A stretch of DNA of 64,000 bases from a virus. Numbering within the stretch: position 1 is the first letter of the stretch; each line of letters starts with the position of its first letter. The stretch covers positions 1 through 64,000 of the IMG/VR virus record IMGVR_UViG_3300050343_000255. One strand, given 5' to 3'. The notes beneath the pieces were generated by a model. The model was not told the origin of the DNA. It was given only the letters and a program-made list of their open reading frames with translations, and ran no database searches. A program made the translations under genes and the position numbers. This document shows, piece after piece, positions 10,094 to 18,757 of this stretch.

Positions 10094-12115
10094 TCAGGCT
10101 CCTAAGTTACGACGACGGTTTGCTGGGATGTATCGCATGATTTCTCGCATTGCACCAAGACGTTGTTCTCGGGCTTCATTTGCTCGACGCTCTACAGCTT
10201 GAGCTCCAATAATGTTGGACTCGTTGCGCTTACGGCGAATAGCCGCATCTGCTCTGGATTCATTCTTTTTGGCACGCCCTTCGCTCAGCTGTTCAAGATT
10301 TGATCGAATCGCGGCAGGGTCTGATTCACCAGTCTTGTTATAGACCACTTGCTGACCAAACGAAGACAGTGGGCTTGTTGAGCGCTGCGCGGGCATCCCG
10401 ATATATGGCTTTTGCGCACCTGGTGTTTCTAGCTTGCCAAACCGTTTTGTAATGTCCTCTTCAGCTCCTCTCCCTGAACCTGGTTTACCGCGAGTACCTA
10501 TGGGTCCTCTAGTGCCTTTTTTCTGTTGAGCAATTTGAATACTACCGAATCCCTCTGAGGGTGAATCAAATTCAACGCCACCGCGCTTACGGCGTTCATT
10601 CTCTACTAATGCTTGAGCGGTACTACGACTGACACCTTTATAGCTATCAGGCGTTAATGAGATTTGCGGTTGTTGAACTGGAGTGTTTGTCCGGCCTAAG
10701 TATGTTCCTGTTGGGTTTTGATTAACTGATGAACGACGAGCTGCGTCTAGTTGGAACATTGAGTTAGCTAACCGTTGCTCATCTCCTCCGGTCATGCCTA
10801 TCTTGTTCATCAAACCACTGACAACCTGTGTGCCAGCTGGAATATTTTTGTCAAATTCATCTTTTACATATAACGTTTTACCTTTTGCTTGTAGTCGCTT
10901 TTGTACTTCATTCGCAACTATATCTATTTCATCTAGCAGTCTTACATTAGGTGCAGATTTTAAGCCAAGTCCTTTTAACATTGCATTCAATTTACCTGAA
11001 TACTCTGTTGTTTCCTTAGAGATATTTGCCTGTGGGTAGCGGGGAGGAGTACTTCCTGTGTCCTGAACCATGGCAGGGAGGTTGCTTGCAGTCCACTCAC
11101 GTGCAGTTTGTGGATTCTGTGGAGCATTCATCATCTGAGCAGTGTCAGGTGTATTAGCTCCTTGGGTTGAGAGGCTGATACCCAAAGCAGGGTCCAAAGC
11201 AATAGGAGCCTTGGTTACTGGATCTGCGTATCCAACGATGCGACCAGTGTTATCAACGATCTCTTCTGCATTAGGGAAGGTTCCCTGTGGACCTTGGCGA
11301 ATGACCTGTGTTTGCTCCATCTCTCCAAGGGAGCCTGCGGCTCCGAGGCGGCGAATTTCACCAATACGGCCAATAGCTTCATCAGCCATAGCACCTGGTC
11401 CGTTAACTGTGTAACCCAAACGAGCAATGGTGTCTGCTAGATGCCCAACAGCTTCATCATTCTCAGCTCTCATCCGTGGATTGTAGTTAGATCTATCTTG
11501 AATTAGTAAATCGCTAGTTAAACTGCGCTCAGCTTCAAGATTTGGACGAATATCGTCCTCTAATAGGCCAGCAACTGCTGCAGGTGTGCTTCCTGTGGTG
11601 CGTAATTGCGTAACTCCTCCAGGATATTGGTCATATCCGTAAGCTGAAGGGTTTTGTGCTGCATTAAGAGCGGCTAATGCGTCTACAAGTACCGATTTTG
11701 GAGCATTTGCACCTTCAAAGCCAATTGGCTCTTCAATAATTTCACTTACTGTGAAGCTTTTGCCATCTTTTTTGCGTTGCCTTCGACTAAATGACTCGAA
11801 TTCGCCCATTTCTACTGGCTTTTCATCCGTTAATCTTGCTCTTCGCAGCTCACCTGTCTCTTCATCCTCAATATAGCCACGGTCATCTTTGGAATACTTT
11901 TGCAAGTCATCTTGCATTTGTCCAAAACCTGCAACATTTTCATCATCGTCCAGGAATTTAAGACCATCTAACTCCTGACGTCCCACATTTGTAGTAGTTG
12001 TCTTCTCTGACTGTGCAATCTCACGCAGATACTGTTCTGGATCGAACTGTTGGTCAGCCCTAGCCTGGCGACGTCGCTTCCGAGACACAGCTTCAAGCAT
12101 CTGTTCTTGCGTCAA
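10094..12115 (-). CDS. Large putative internal virion protein
   Basis: 673-aa low-complexity ORF, no recognisable enzyme motif; true start may be slightly upstream. Confidence 0.55.
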   Translation of the reverse strand: MTQEQMLEAVSRKRRRQARADQQFDPEQYLREIAQSEKTTTTNVGRQELDGLKFLDDDENVAGFGQMQDDLQKYSKDDRGYIEDEETGELRRARLTDEKPVEMGEFESFSRRQRKKDGKSFTVSEIIEEPIGFEGANAPKSVLVDALAALNAAQNPSAYGYDQYPGGVTQLRTTGSTPAAVAGLLEDDIRPNLEAERSLTSDLLIQDRSNYNPRMRAENDEAVGHLADTIARLGYTVNGPGAMADEAIGRIGEIRRLGAAGSLGEMEQTQVIRQGPQGTFPNAEEIVDNTGRIVGYADPVTKAPIALDPALGISLSTQGANTPDTAQMMNAPQNPQTAREWTASNLPAMVQDTGSTPPRYPQANISKETTEYSGKLNAMLKGLGLKSAPNVRLLDEIDIVANEVQKRLQAKGKTLYVKDEFDKNIPAGTQVVSGLMNKIGMTGGDEQRLANSMFQLDAARRSSVNQNPTGTYLGRTNTPVQQPQISLTPDSYKGVSRSTAQALVENERRKRGGVEFDSPSEGFGSIQIAQQKKGTRGPIGTRGKPGSGRGAEEDITKRFGKLETPGAQKPYIGMPAQRSTSPLSSFGQQVVYNKTGESDPAAIRSNLEQLSEGRAKKNESRADAAIRRKRNESNIIGAQAVERRANEAREQRLGAMREIMRYIPANRRRNLGA

Positions 12116-12244
12116 CCCAAGGGTTTGACGGGCGGCCTGAAATTGTGCACTTTCTATTAATGCATTGTTAAGGCTTGTTTAGCTTCTAGTGACACTATTT
12201 CTACTGCGTAAACCTACAACTATTGTAGATAATTTAAATAACTA

Positions 12245-13252
12245 TTATTTGCCAAACATTCTGTCAAAGTAATTACTAGTGTCATAACCTTTTGTAGATA
12301 ATCCAAGGTTCTCCGCTAGTTGTCCCATAGCAGCATTTTCCATCATTGTCTTATATTCAGGTGCGTCTGTCTGATTAAAAATTCCTGCATACTTAGACAT
12401 ATCAGGCAGCTCCATTCCTTTCACGATTGGAGTGATATTTTCGTTGTTGAGAGTGTTGATTAAAGCCATCTGAGCATTATCTTTAAATTCTTGTGCTTGG
12501 GGTTTGATACGGACATCCTGTACTCCTGATCCATCTATATCTACTTCTACACTTCCACCTTTGCCACCATAAATTGCATCAAACTCTGCTTTATTTAAAT
12601 CCTCTCCCTTGCTTACGTCTTGATTCATAACTCTATAGTCGCTCATTAGATCGCGTTGATCTTGAGCTTTCTCTTTTGCAACACCCTTCGTATATTCTTT
12701 ATATGCCAAGGCAGGGTTTGCTGCAGCCCACTTTGCTAGATTCTCTCCATTCTTCTGCCCTTTGAAATAATCTTGCATTGCATCTTTGTTTGCTTCACCC
12801 GCTTTAAAGTTAGATGCATATTGCTCAGTAGCATTAGGATCTAAACGTGGTCCTGTTGATGGAGCAGCTGTAGTTTCTGTAGTAGCCGTAGAAGTTGGTT
12901 TTATATCAGTCGTTTTCATCAACGGTGTTTCTGTAGCAGCTCTGTATAAAACATCATCTCCTTGTTTCAATCCGTACAAAGTAGTGCCAGCATATTGAAT
13001 ACTTTTAGGCAGTCCTCCTTTTGACACGCCCCTTCCCATTTGTTGAAAGCCTTTATTTTCTACTCGAATTACTGGAGCGCCATCTAATGTGTCTGTAATT
13101 CCGTCAAATGGTTTATTATTACTACCTACCAAACCAGACAAGGTTGTTCCAGGAGTAAGTAGGTTTGTTGTATTTACTTTTTGTTGAGCTACTCTTTGAG
13201 CCAACTTTTGTTGTGCCCTGGCCTGTGCACCGCTTCTACCTTGATTAGCCAT
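12245..13252 (-). CDS. Putative internal virion protein
   Basis: 335-aa ORF, first gene of the minus-strand block. Confidence 0.55.
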   Translation of the reverse strand: MANQGRSGAQARAQQKLAQRVAQQKVNTTNLLTPGTTLSGLVGSNNKPFDGITDTLDGAPVIRVENKGFQQMGRGVSKGGLPKSIQYAGTTLYGLKQGDDVLYRAATETPLMKTTDIKPTSTATTETTAAPSTGPRLDPNATEQYASNFKAGEANKDAMQDYFKGQKNGENLAKWAAANPALAYKEYTKGVAKEKAQDQRDLMSDYRVMNQDVSKGEDLNKAEFDAIYGGKGGSVEVDIDGSGVQDVRIKPQAQEFKDNAQMALINTLNNENITPIVKGMELPDMSKYAGIFNQTDAPEYKTMMENAAMGQLAENLGLSTKGYDTSNYFDRMFGK

Positions 13253-13291
13253 TATTTAAATTTTTAGTTATCTATTAATTTTATCTCACTT

Positions 13292-13415
13292 AAAAACTAC
13301 CCTTGCTACGCTGTTTCCCTATATTGTTTATTTAAAAAGGTAAGAGTAATAGGTGGCTAGGAATTAACAAGGGATATATACAAAACAAGCGTGGTTTGCG
13401 TAGTTCGTAGCAAGG
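13292..13415 (+). repeat. ~125-bp origin-like element, copy 1
   Basis: AAAAACTAC..CTACGCT..TATAT..TTTAAAAAGG..TTAACAAG..TATATA..CGTGGTTTGCGTAGTTCGTAG; homologous to 22521-22658 and inverted 52761-52884. Confidence 0.75.
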
Positions 13416-13917
13416 ATTCAAACAAAGCAGCGTTGCCTCGATATTCCCACGATTGTCAACGTCCGCTCACACAGCCATATATAGTATGTACCCTAAGTTA
13501 TAGAACATATACCCAAATACAAAAGTAGTGGAGTCGCTTGGATATAACATATGGCACAAAAGGTCGCTCTATAGGACCCTAAATTAGTTAGAAAATTTTC
13601 GACACGTCTAATCCCTTCTGTACCCCGGTAACCGGTGGAACAAAAAAAATATACTCACGTTTCACATGTGATTAACATTTGTTTTGAACACAAGTTTCAA
13701 CAGAAGGATTCAACTCAAGTTAACAACAGTAAAGTTTACACATAATGTTTCACATTTGTTTTACTTATGTTGTAACAGTTGAGTTCTTACACACGTCACG
13801 TTCGCTTTACAGAAGTATCACTTTCGTTTATACATCTGTCGTTGACGTATGTGTATACATTGATGACTCATGTCTCCCCTCGTAGAGATGTCATCATTCC
13901 CCCTCAATTCAATCACT

Positions 13918-13962
13918 GAACACACTTAACTCGCTGACTCGCGAGTCTATTCATTAGTGTTC
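13918..13962 (+). promoter_or_regulatory. Hairpin element copy 1
   Basis: gaacac..ACTCGC-tgactc-GCGAGT..GTGTTC 13 nt after GCG. Confidence 0.8.
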
Positions 13963-13977
13963 TTTTTAATAACAGCC

Positions 13978-14115
13978 ATGTTCACGATTCAATATCGTCG
14001 CCCTTACTCTGGTGAGCTGACGATTCAATCATTCACATCATTCGATGCTGCAATTCGTATGATTAACTTCATCGAGTCCTGCGGTACTCGGGTAACGATG
14101 TTACCTGTTAGTTAA
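13978..14115 (+). CDS. Small early protein (45 aa, MFTIQYRRPYSGELT...CGTRVTMLPVS)
   Basis: Translated by hand; fills the space between hairpin copies 1 and 2. Confidence 0.7.
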   Translation: MFTIQYRRPYSGELTIQSFTSFDAAIRMINFIESCGTRVTMLPVS

Positions 14116-14131
14116 TTCATTCTCATTAACT

Positions 14132-14177
14132 GAACACACATGAGCCCGTCTATCGACGGGTCTATTTCACTGTGTTC
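14132..14177 (+). promoter_or_regulatory. Hairpin element copy 2
   Basis: gaacaca..CCCGT-ctatcg-ACGGG..GTGTTC; near-identical to copy 3. Confidence 0.85.
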
Positions 14178-14191
14178 TTTACATCAAACAG

Positions 14192-14362
14192 ATGTACACA
14201 GTCACTTACTTCGAAGTCAACTGTGAAGATAGGAATCCTGAAGTAACTCAAGAGTTCTTCACTACCTATCACGAAGCAAAGGCTTACGCTAAGTCCTTTG
14301 AAGAGTGGGACGATGTTCGTGTTGATTACCTCCAGGTAAACACTCAACTCGTCTCCTACTGA
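14192..14362 (+). CDS. Small early protein (56 aa, MYTVTYFEVNCEDRNPE...)
   Basis: Translated by hand; TGA stop overlaps hairpin copy 3. Confidence 0.7.
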   Translation: MYTVTYFEVNCEDRNPEVTQEFFTTYHEAKAYAKSFEEWDDVRVDYLQVNTQLVSY

Positions 14363-14405
14363 ACACACATGGCCCGTCTATCGACGGGTCTATTTCACTG
14401 TGTTC
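14361..14405 (+). promoter_or_regulatory. Hairpin element copy 3
   Basis: ~52-bp direct repeat of copy 2 with one indel. Confidence 0.85.
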
Positions 14406-14421
14406 TTTATTAAATCACTAT

Positions 14422-14601
14422 ATGATTAATCCTTATGTAGATCAAATCTGTCAACAGACTGGCGCTACTGAGCGCGAAGTCGTCCGTGACATGATGCCTA
14501 CATTTCGTCCTATGACTTTCCCCTGTGAAATTCATGGACGTCACTTCGAGTCACACGATGACTACATGAATGAGTTACACGAGTTCATAGCTGGTATGTA
14601 A
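14422..14601 (+). CDS. Small early protein (59 aa, MINPYVDQICQQTG...)
   Basis: Translated by hand; TAA stop overlaps hairpin copy 4. Confidence 0.7.
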   Translation: MINPYVDQICQQTGATEREVVRDMMPTFRPMTFPCEIHGRHFESHDDYMNELHEFIAGM

Positions 14602-14640
14602 CACAATGGCGTCAATTGACGCCTCTATTTCATTGTGTTC
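14600..14640 (+). promoter_or_regulatory. Hairpin element copy 4
   Basis: GGCGT-caattg-ACGCC with outer stem AACACAAT/ATTGTGTT and GTGTTC box. Confidence 0.85.
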
Positions 14641-14659
14641 TTTCGATACTAAGTATCTC

Positions 14660-14990
14660 ATGCGTAAACTCGCTACCCTTACCAAGATGACTGCCAAAGG
14701 TCTGTCAACTTGGACATTCGCTCAATGTGATGGCATCTACGTTGCATTCGGTGGTACTACTAACCGATGCAAAGTACTCCGCTCCTATCAACAGCTTCAG
14801 GACTGCATGCTCAACTATGCTCCTATGGCTACAAGTAGAACGTCAACGACCAGCGTCATTGGGACGGAGTACTCCTAAGCCTATTAAGCGTGTACCACCA
14901 TCAATGCAGCAGGAGCTTGCACTACTTGAGACTATGACTCAAGAGACTGCTCCCCGTCCTGCAGAAGATGCCTTGGTGGCACTCTATTGA
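14660..14990 (+). CDS. Early protein (apparent frameshift near 14820-14840)
   Basis: MRKLATLTKMTAK... joins the frame ending ...EDALVALY. Confidence 0.5.
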
Positions 14991-15004
14991 GCAACAAGAG
15001 TCTT

Positions 15005-15037
15005 GGCGTCTATCGACGCCTTTCTCTTTCTATGCCC
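15005..15037 (+). promoter_or_regulatory. Hairpin element copy 5
   Basis: GGCGT-ctatcg-ACGCC, ATGCCC 13 nt after ACG. Confidence 0.8.
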
Positions 15038-15068
15038 TTTTGGGCTTATTCACTTATCCGTTACACGT

Positions 15069-15317
15069 ATGCTCATCAAAGTTCCTGGTCAAGATCTCAA
15101 TCTTCGTTTCTTCGAACGAGTTGAGACTGTTGACGACCAGTACAACATCTACGACATTGGCGTAGAACAACCTGGAGAAGATGGTAAGACCATCATCGAC
15201 AGCATCTGTGTCGGTGGATCTTTCTCCTATGCCAAGTCATTGGTGAAATCCATTGATGACAAAGCTGCGTCTAAGAAGTCTGACGCTGCCGACGCGCCCT
15301 CCGCCGCTGCGGCTTAG
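15069..15317 (+). CDS. Hypothetical early protein
   Basis: MLIKVPGQDLNLRF...; start taken at the ATG after hairpin copy 5. Confidence 0.6.
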   Translation: MLIKVPGQDLNLRFFERVETVDDQYNIYDIGVEQPGEDGKTIIDSICVGGSFSYAKSLVKSIDDKAASKKSDAADAPSAAAA

Positions 15318-15327
15318 CTTGACGCCT

Positions 15328-15353
15328 GTCCCCGCTATTGCGGGGGCTTTTTT
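15328..15353 (+). terminator. Intrinsic terminator
   Basis: GTCCCCGC-tatt-GCGGGGGC followed by T6, between convergent genes. Confidence 0.75.
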
Positions 15354-15909
15354 ACATTCTGAACGGTCTAGTATCTACTTCCGTAATTCTATTCACTGGA
15401 ATACTGGACTCGTCCATCCTTCTACTTACCGAAGGTATAGCAAACGCTGCTCCTGTTAAGGCTGCTAAACCCACTGAACCAGGTGTTATGGACAACTGTC
15501 CAGGCTCCTGTTCATCTGCGGGTCCTCCGAATCCAGCAGCAAAGTCCATAACTCCACGACCTGCTAAGGCTACGCCTGCGGCTGGAATTATGTATTTGGG
15601 CACTGCATTAACTGCTGGCAAACCATACTCAACAAGTTGACGTTGCTTTTGCCCTATATACGTTTCAGGACCATATCTACCAACAGGTCTACCCATTTTA
15701 TCCCTAACTACAGGGTTATCTGTAAATGGTGAAAGCGTTGCCTTACGTAAGCTTGGGAGTCCACCTCCTATGCCTGTACCAAGAGTACGTACAACTGGAT
15801 TAGCATCCTTGTACATATCCCTAATACGTGCGCTGTATTTATCATCAGCGCCTTGAAGGCTCTCAACGATTTGCTTAAGCATATCTCCAGCCTTACGTCT
15901 TACTTCCAT
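15352..15909 (-). CDS. Late-type putative virion protein inserted in the early region
   Basis: N-terminal RRKAGD; TACAAT upstream on the minus strand. Confidence 0.55.
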   Translation of the reverse strand: MEVRRKAGDMLKQIVESLQGADDKYSARIRDMYKDANPVVRTLGTGIGGGLPSLRKATLSPFTDNPVVRDKMGRPVGRYGPETYIGQKQRQLVEYGLPAVNAVPKYIIPAAGVALAGRGVMDFAAGFGGPADEQEPGQLSITPGSVGLAALTGAAFAIPSVSRRMDESSIPVNRITEVDTRPFRM

Positions 15910-16273
15910 AACCTTATCCTGATTTATACCTCATTGTATCTACATGTGGGATAACTAACAGTTACTATTGAATTGAAATTATTAACATAATGGCACCTAT
16001 ACTTATAACTATATTGATGACTACCTTAGTCAACAATGTTTCCCCGCTGATAAGTACTCCAACCCGTCCTTTGAACGTGTGTGAAGAGATCGGTATCGAA
16101 CTACAACTCGCTATCGATGCTTCCGTACTCACTCCCAAAGAAGCTCAAGGAATACTTAATCGCTGTTACGAACTACAAGAGTCACAAGAACCTGATGGTC
16201 TATACGTACGTCATTATCCTAGGTACATGGGGCATAGCCTCAATCGTACTGCTACTACTTAAGCTTCTATAGC

Positions 16274-16296
16274 TTATTGAGAACTATTATCAACTA
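16274..16296 (+). promoter_or_regulatory. Putative cyanobacterial Fur box next to a -10 (TAGAAT 16301-16306)
   Basis: TTATTGAGAACTATTATCAACTA resembles the cyanobacterial FurA palindrome TTATTGAGAATNATTCTCAATAA. Confidence 0.5.
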
Positions 16297-16396
16297 TATA
16301 TAGAATGGGTATTCACTACTCCCATTACCGTATATACCGTTGTCTGTCCTATGAATTACATAGGTAAATTAGGGGAGCGGTATATATAAATAAGCA

Positions 16397-16636
16397 ATGT
16401 CCGTATTTGACCTTATGAGCCCATTCGAACCATGGCTGACTTCACGAAGTCCGTCCGTTTATGTTATATCTGATTCAGAAATGAAGGCATATAAACAGAA
16501 ACAAGCAGTCGCGGAGATCGCTGAACTGCAACGGCTAGTCGATGGTCACAAGAGTTCTATTGAACGCCTTGAGACTCACATCAGCCAACTCGAAACAGAG
16601 CTTCCAAAGCTCACCGAAACATCTAATGCCGCATAA
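16397..16636 (+). CDS. Small coiled-coil protein resembling picocyanobacterial hypotheticals
   Basis: 79-aa ORF, PSVYVISDSE motif then coiled coil. Confidence 0.6.
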   Translation: MSVFDLMSPFEPWLTSRSPSVYVISDSEMKAYKQKQAVAEIAELQRLVDGHKSSIERLETHISQLETELPKLTETSNAA

Positions 16637-16660
16637 CTGCGGCTGTAGATATAAATGTTC
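16628..16660 (+). promoter_or_regulatory. Hairpin element copy 6
   Basis: GCCGC-ataact-GCGGC, ATGTTC 13 nt after GCG. Confidence 0.8.
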
Positions 16661-16796
16661 AATATATAGAAACAAGCAGTGATTGTCTTCGATCAAACTA
16701 CCATCATTCTCGCTGTAATCGGCATGGTTGGGCTCCTCTCCACAGGAGTTGTCCTAACCACAGCATTCAAGCGTAGACCTTTGAGTTAGTAACACT

Positions 16797-16829
16797 GGCG
16801 CTTATCAGCGCCTGTAATTACTTATGTCC
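16797..16829 (+). promoter_or_regulatory. Hairpin element copy 7
   Basis: GGCGC-ttatca-GCGCC, ATGTCC 13 nt after GCG. Confidence 0.8.
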
Positions 16830-16844
16830 TTTGGATATTATTCC

Positions 16845-17042
16845 ATGACTACTATCACCAGCCACAAATCAGCTGAACTTAAATCCTTTCCTCCTATTAC
16901 AGACACCGTTGTCTGGATTAAACAGGTGGATTGGGCAGACGTTCGTCAACGCTGCCGTGGCGGAGTTAACAACGTCGGACTTGTCCTCGCTGTAACTGGT
17001 GAAAAGATCCATGACCTTGGCGCTTGGTTAGCTGAGGTCTGA
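16845..17042 (+). CDS. Hypothetical early protein
   Basis: MTTITSHKSAEL...; follows hairpin copy 7. Confidence 0.55.
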   Translation: MTTITSHKSAELKSFPPITDTVVWIKQVDWADVRQRCRGGVNNVGLVLAVTGEKIHDLGAWLAEV

Positions 17043-17102
17043 TCTATCTGGGGATAACAGTGTGGGAGCTCTGCGTTTCGCATGACGAGGCATGACAACC
17101 CC

Positions 17103-17151
17103 AGAGTGCACAAGATTGCCGCTTAATCGCGCCTTTCTTTTTGTGTACTCT
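17103..17151 (+). promoter_or_regulatory. Hairpin element copy 8
   Basis: CGC-ttaatc-GCG with 13-bp outer stem AGAGTGCACAAGA/TTTTGTGTACTCT including two G-U pairs. Confidence 0.7.
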
Positions 17152-17163
17152 TTGCAAGATTAC

Positions 17164-17682
17164 ATGAACGCTATTGCTTCAACTCACTACGTAGGTATAC
17201 ACCGTACGTCTCCATCTAAACAACGCATCGTGCATGCGTTTGACTTGGACGACACTATTACGATCAAACCTGATCACTTCAACAACATAGGCATGACCAA
17301 AGACGAGTTCTTTGATGCCTCCAGGTCATTCAAACCTGATGACCGTGTTGTTGATTTACTACGGATGATGCATCAGTGGGGCGATTCAATCGCTATCTGC
17401 ACTGCTCGTCCATCCGACAGGCTCACTGAATCCTATAACTGGCTTCGCAAGTGGTCTATTCCATTCGATTGCATACTTGTTTCCACTGGTGTGGACAACA
17501 GCGGTAATACCAAGCAGCACATGCTTCAGTATTTACGCAAGCAATACCGGATGGTTGGCACCCTTATCGATGACAGTCCATACAACATTGAAGGTGCACG
17601 CCTTCAGAGGATCAAGCGTATCCATGTACTCAAGAATTGTGAGTACTGGGCTGCCCATCCTGAGAGCGTGGTCAAGGTTTGA
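17164..17682 (+). CDS. HAD-family phosphatase (PNK 3'-phosphatase-like)
   Basis: FDLDDT motif I, CTAR motif II, K, IDD motif IV. Confidence 0.8.
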   Translation: MNAIASTHYVGIHRTSPSKQRIVHAFDLDDTITIKPDHFNNIGMTKDEFFDASRSFKPDDRVVDLLRMMHQWGDSIAICTARPSDRLTESYNWLRKWSIPFDCILVSTGVDNSGNTKQHMLQYLRKQYRMVGTLIDDSPYNIEGARLQRIKRIHVLKNCEYWAAHPESVVKV

Positions 17683-17802
17683 AGTTAGTTCTCTATTTCC
17701 TTCTAGCCTTCTACTTCAATGCAGAAGCTACATCCATAGGTCTATGCCTACTACCTCCTCTTAGTGGGACGGTTAAGCATGACATTTGTTCCGATGAACA
17801 AT

Positions 17803-17836
17803 AGCCGCTAACTCGCGGCTTTCTTTTCTCGTGTCC
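17803..17836 (+). promoter_or_regulatory. Hairpin element copy 9
   Basis: AGCCGC-taactc-GCGGCT, GTGTCC 13 nt after GCG. Confidence 0.8.
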
Positions 17837-17850
17837 AATGAATTGTCACT

Positions 17851-17973
17851 ATGACTGATGTACAACTACGTGCTGCTGCTCGCCTTAAAGCTGAACTCCT
17901 ACGTCAGACTAAAGAGCGAGTACGTGACGCCTATTACCTGCGTAAAGCAGGGGTCATGACAGCCATCGTGTGA
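17851..17973 (+). CDS. Small early protein (40 aa, MTDVQLRAAARLKAELL...)
   Basis: Translated by hand; TGA overlaps hairpin copy 10. Confidence 0.6.
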   Translation: MTDVQLRAAARLKAELLRQTKERVRDAYYLRKAGVMTAIV

Positions 17974-18016
17974 ACACTTGAGGGTCGCTGACTCGCGACT
18001 CTCTTTTTTAGTGTTC
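17972..18016 (+). promoter_or_regulatory. Hairpin element copy 10
   Basis: GAACACT..GAGGGTCGC-tgactc-GCGACTCTC..AGTGTTC. Confidence 0.85.
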
Positions 18017-18033
18017 TTCAAATCGAATGCTTA

Positions 18034-18243
18034 ATGGCAATCACCTACGACTTCACCATTGTTGCTACCAACATTACTGGTTTGTCTAAGGTGGTTCCTC
18101 AGAACGAAGCTGCGTTCTGCTATCTCGTAGATGAAACCGATTACACCGTCTTTGCTGACGGTTCCACCGCTCTATTCCAAGAGCGTGTCGGTGACTTTAT
18201 CTCCGATGCAGGCCACGCACACATGTGCTGCGATATCGCTTGA
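18034..18243 (+). CDS. Hypothetical early protein
   Basis: 69-aa ORF between hairpin copies 10 and 11. Confidence 0.65.
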   Translation: MAITYDFTIVATNITGLSKVVPQNEAAFCYLVDETDYTVFADGSTALFQERVGDFISDAGHAHMCCDIA

Positions 18244-18256
18244 GTTGACCACCACT

Positions 18257-18289
18257 GGCGCAAATTTGCGCCTTTCTCATTTTTTGTAA
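18257..18289 (+). promoter_or_regulatory. Hairpin element copy 11 (degenerate downstream box)
   Basis: GGCGC-aaattt-GCGCC followed by a T-rich tract. Confidence 0.6.
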
Positions 18290-18303
18290 TTTAAGAGGTT
18301 TAT

Positions 18304-18696
18304 TTGACCCAATCTTTCAACGTCCCTGATGGCATCTCTATGGATGAGCTTACGTCTCATCTTAAGGATGCGCCAAATGAATCAGATATTCACGATGAGT
18401 GCACCTGTGAACATGCAGAAAATACAGAAGAGTTAATGGAGCTTGCTTCAGAGCAGATCGCATTAACTGGACGTATGACAGATGATCCTGTTACATTCCA
18501 CAAAATCATGATGGTCATGATCATTTCTAACATGATCGACTTTCACATGAATGTTGCAACTAACGCAACTGGAATGGATGAAGATACATCTCATGCATGG
18601 ATTCGTGATGCTGGCAAATTACAAGCAGTCATGAACATCCTTACGACTATCTCATGTGGTCCTGATGACCCGTATGTAACTGCAACTTGCAACTGA
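18304..18696 (+). CDS. Hypothetical early protein
   Basis: 130-aa ORF with GAGG RBS. Confidence 0.65.
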   Translation: MTQSFNVPDGISMDELTSHLKDAPNESDIHDECTCEHAENTEELMELASEQIALTGRMTDDPVTFHKIMMVMIISNMIDFHMNVATNATGMDEDTSHAWIRDAGKLQAVMNILTTISCGPDDPYVTATCN

Positions 18697-18706
18697 TTGC
18701 CTCAAT

Positions 18707-18740
18707 AGCCGCTTAACAGCGGCTTTCTTTTTACATGTTC
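18707..18740 (+). promoter_or_regulatory. Hairpin element copy 12
   Basis: AGCCGC-ttaaca-GCGGCT, ATGTTC 13 nt after GCG. Confidence 0.8.
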
Positions 18741-18757
18741 TTTATCAAAGGTTCCCT

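Noticed and set aside
10094-12115. Large virion protein as the missing virion RNA polymerase
   Set aside because: No DFDGD or single-subunit RNAP motifs are visible; only structure prediction could revisit this
14129-14640. Repeat array as CRISPR
   Set aside because: Spacers are ~170-200 nt protein-coding ORFs, repeats diverge in sequence, and there are no cas genes
17061-17112. Hammerhead ribozyme (GTTTCG...TGACGAG)
   Set aside because: No CUGANGA and GAAA core on the same strand; the 3' part is explained by the outer stem of hairpin copy 8
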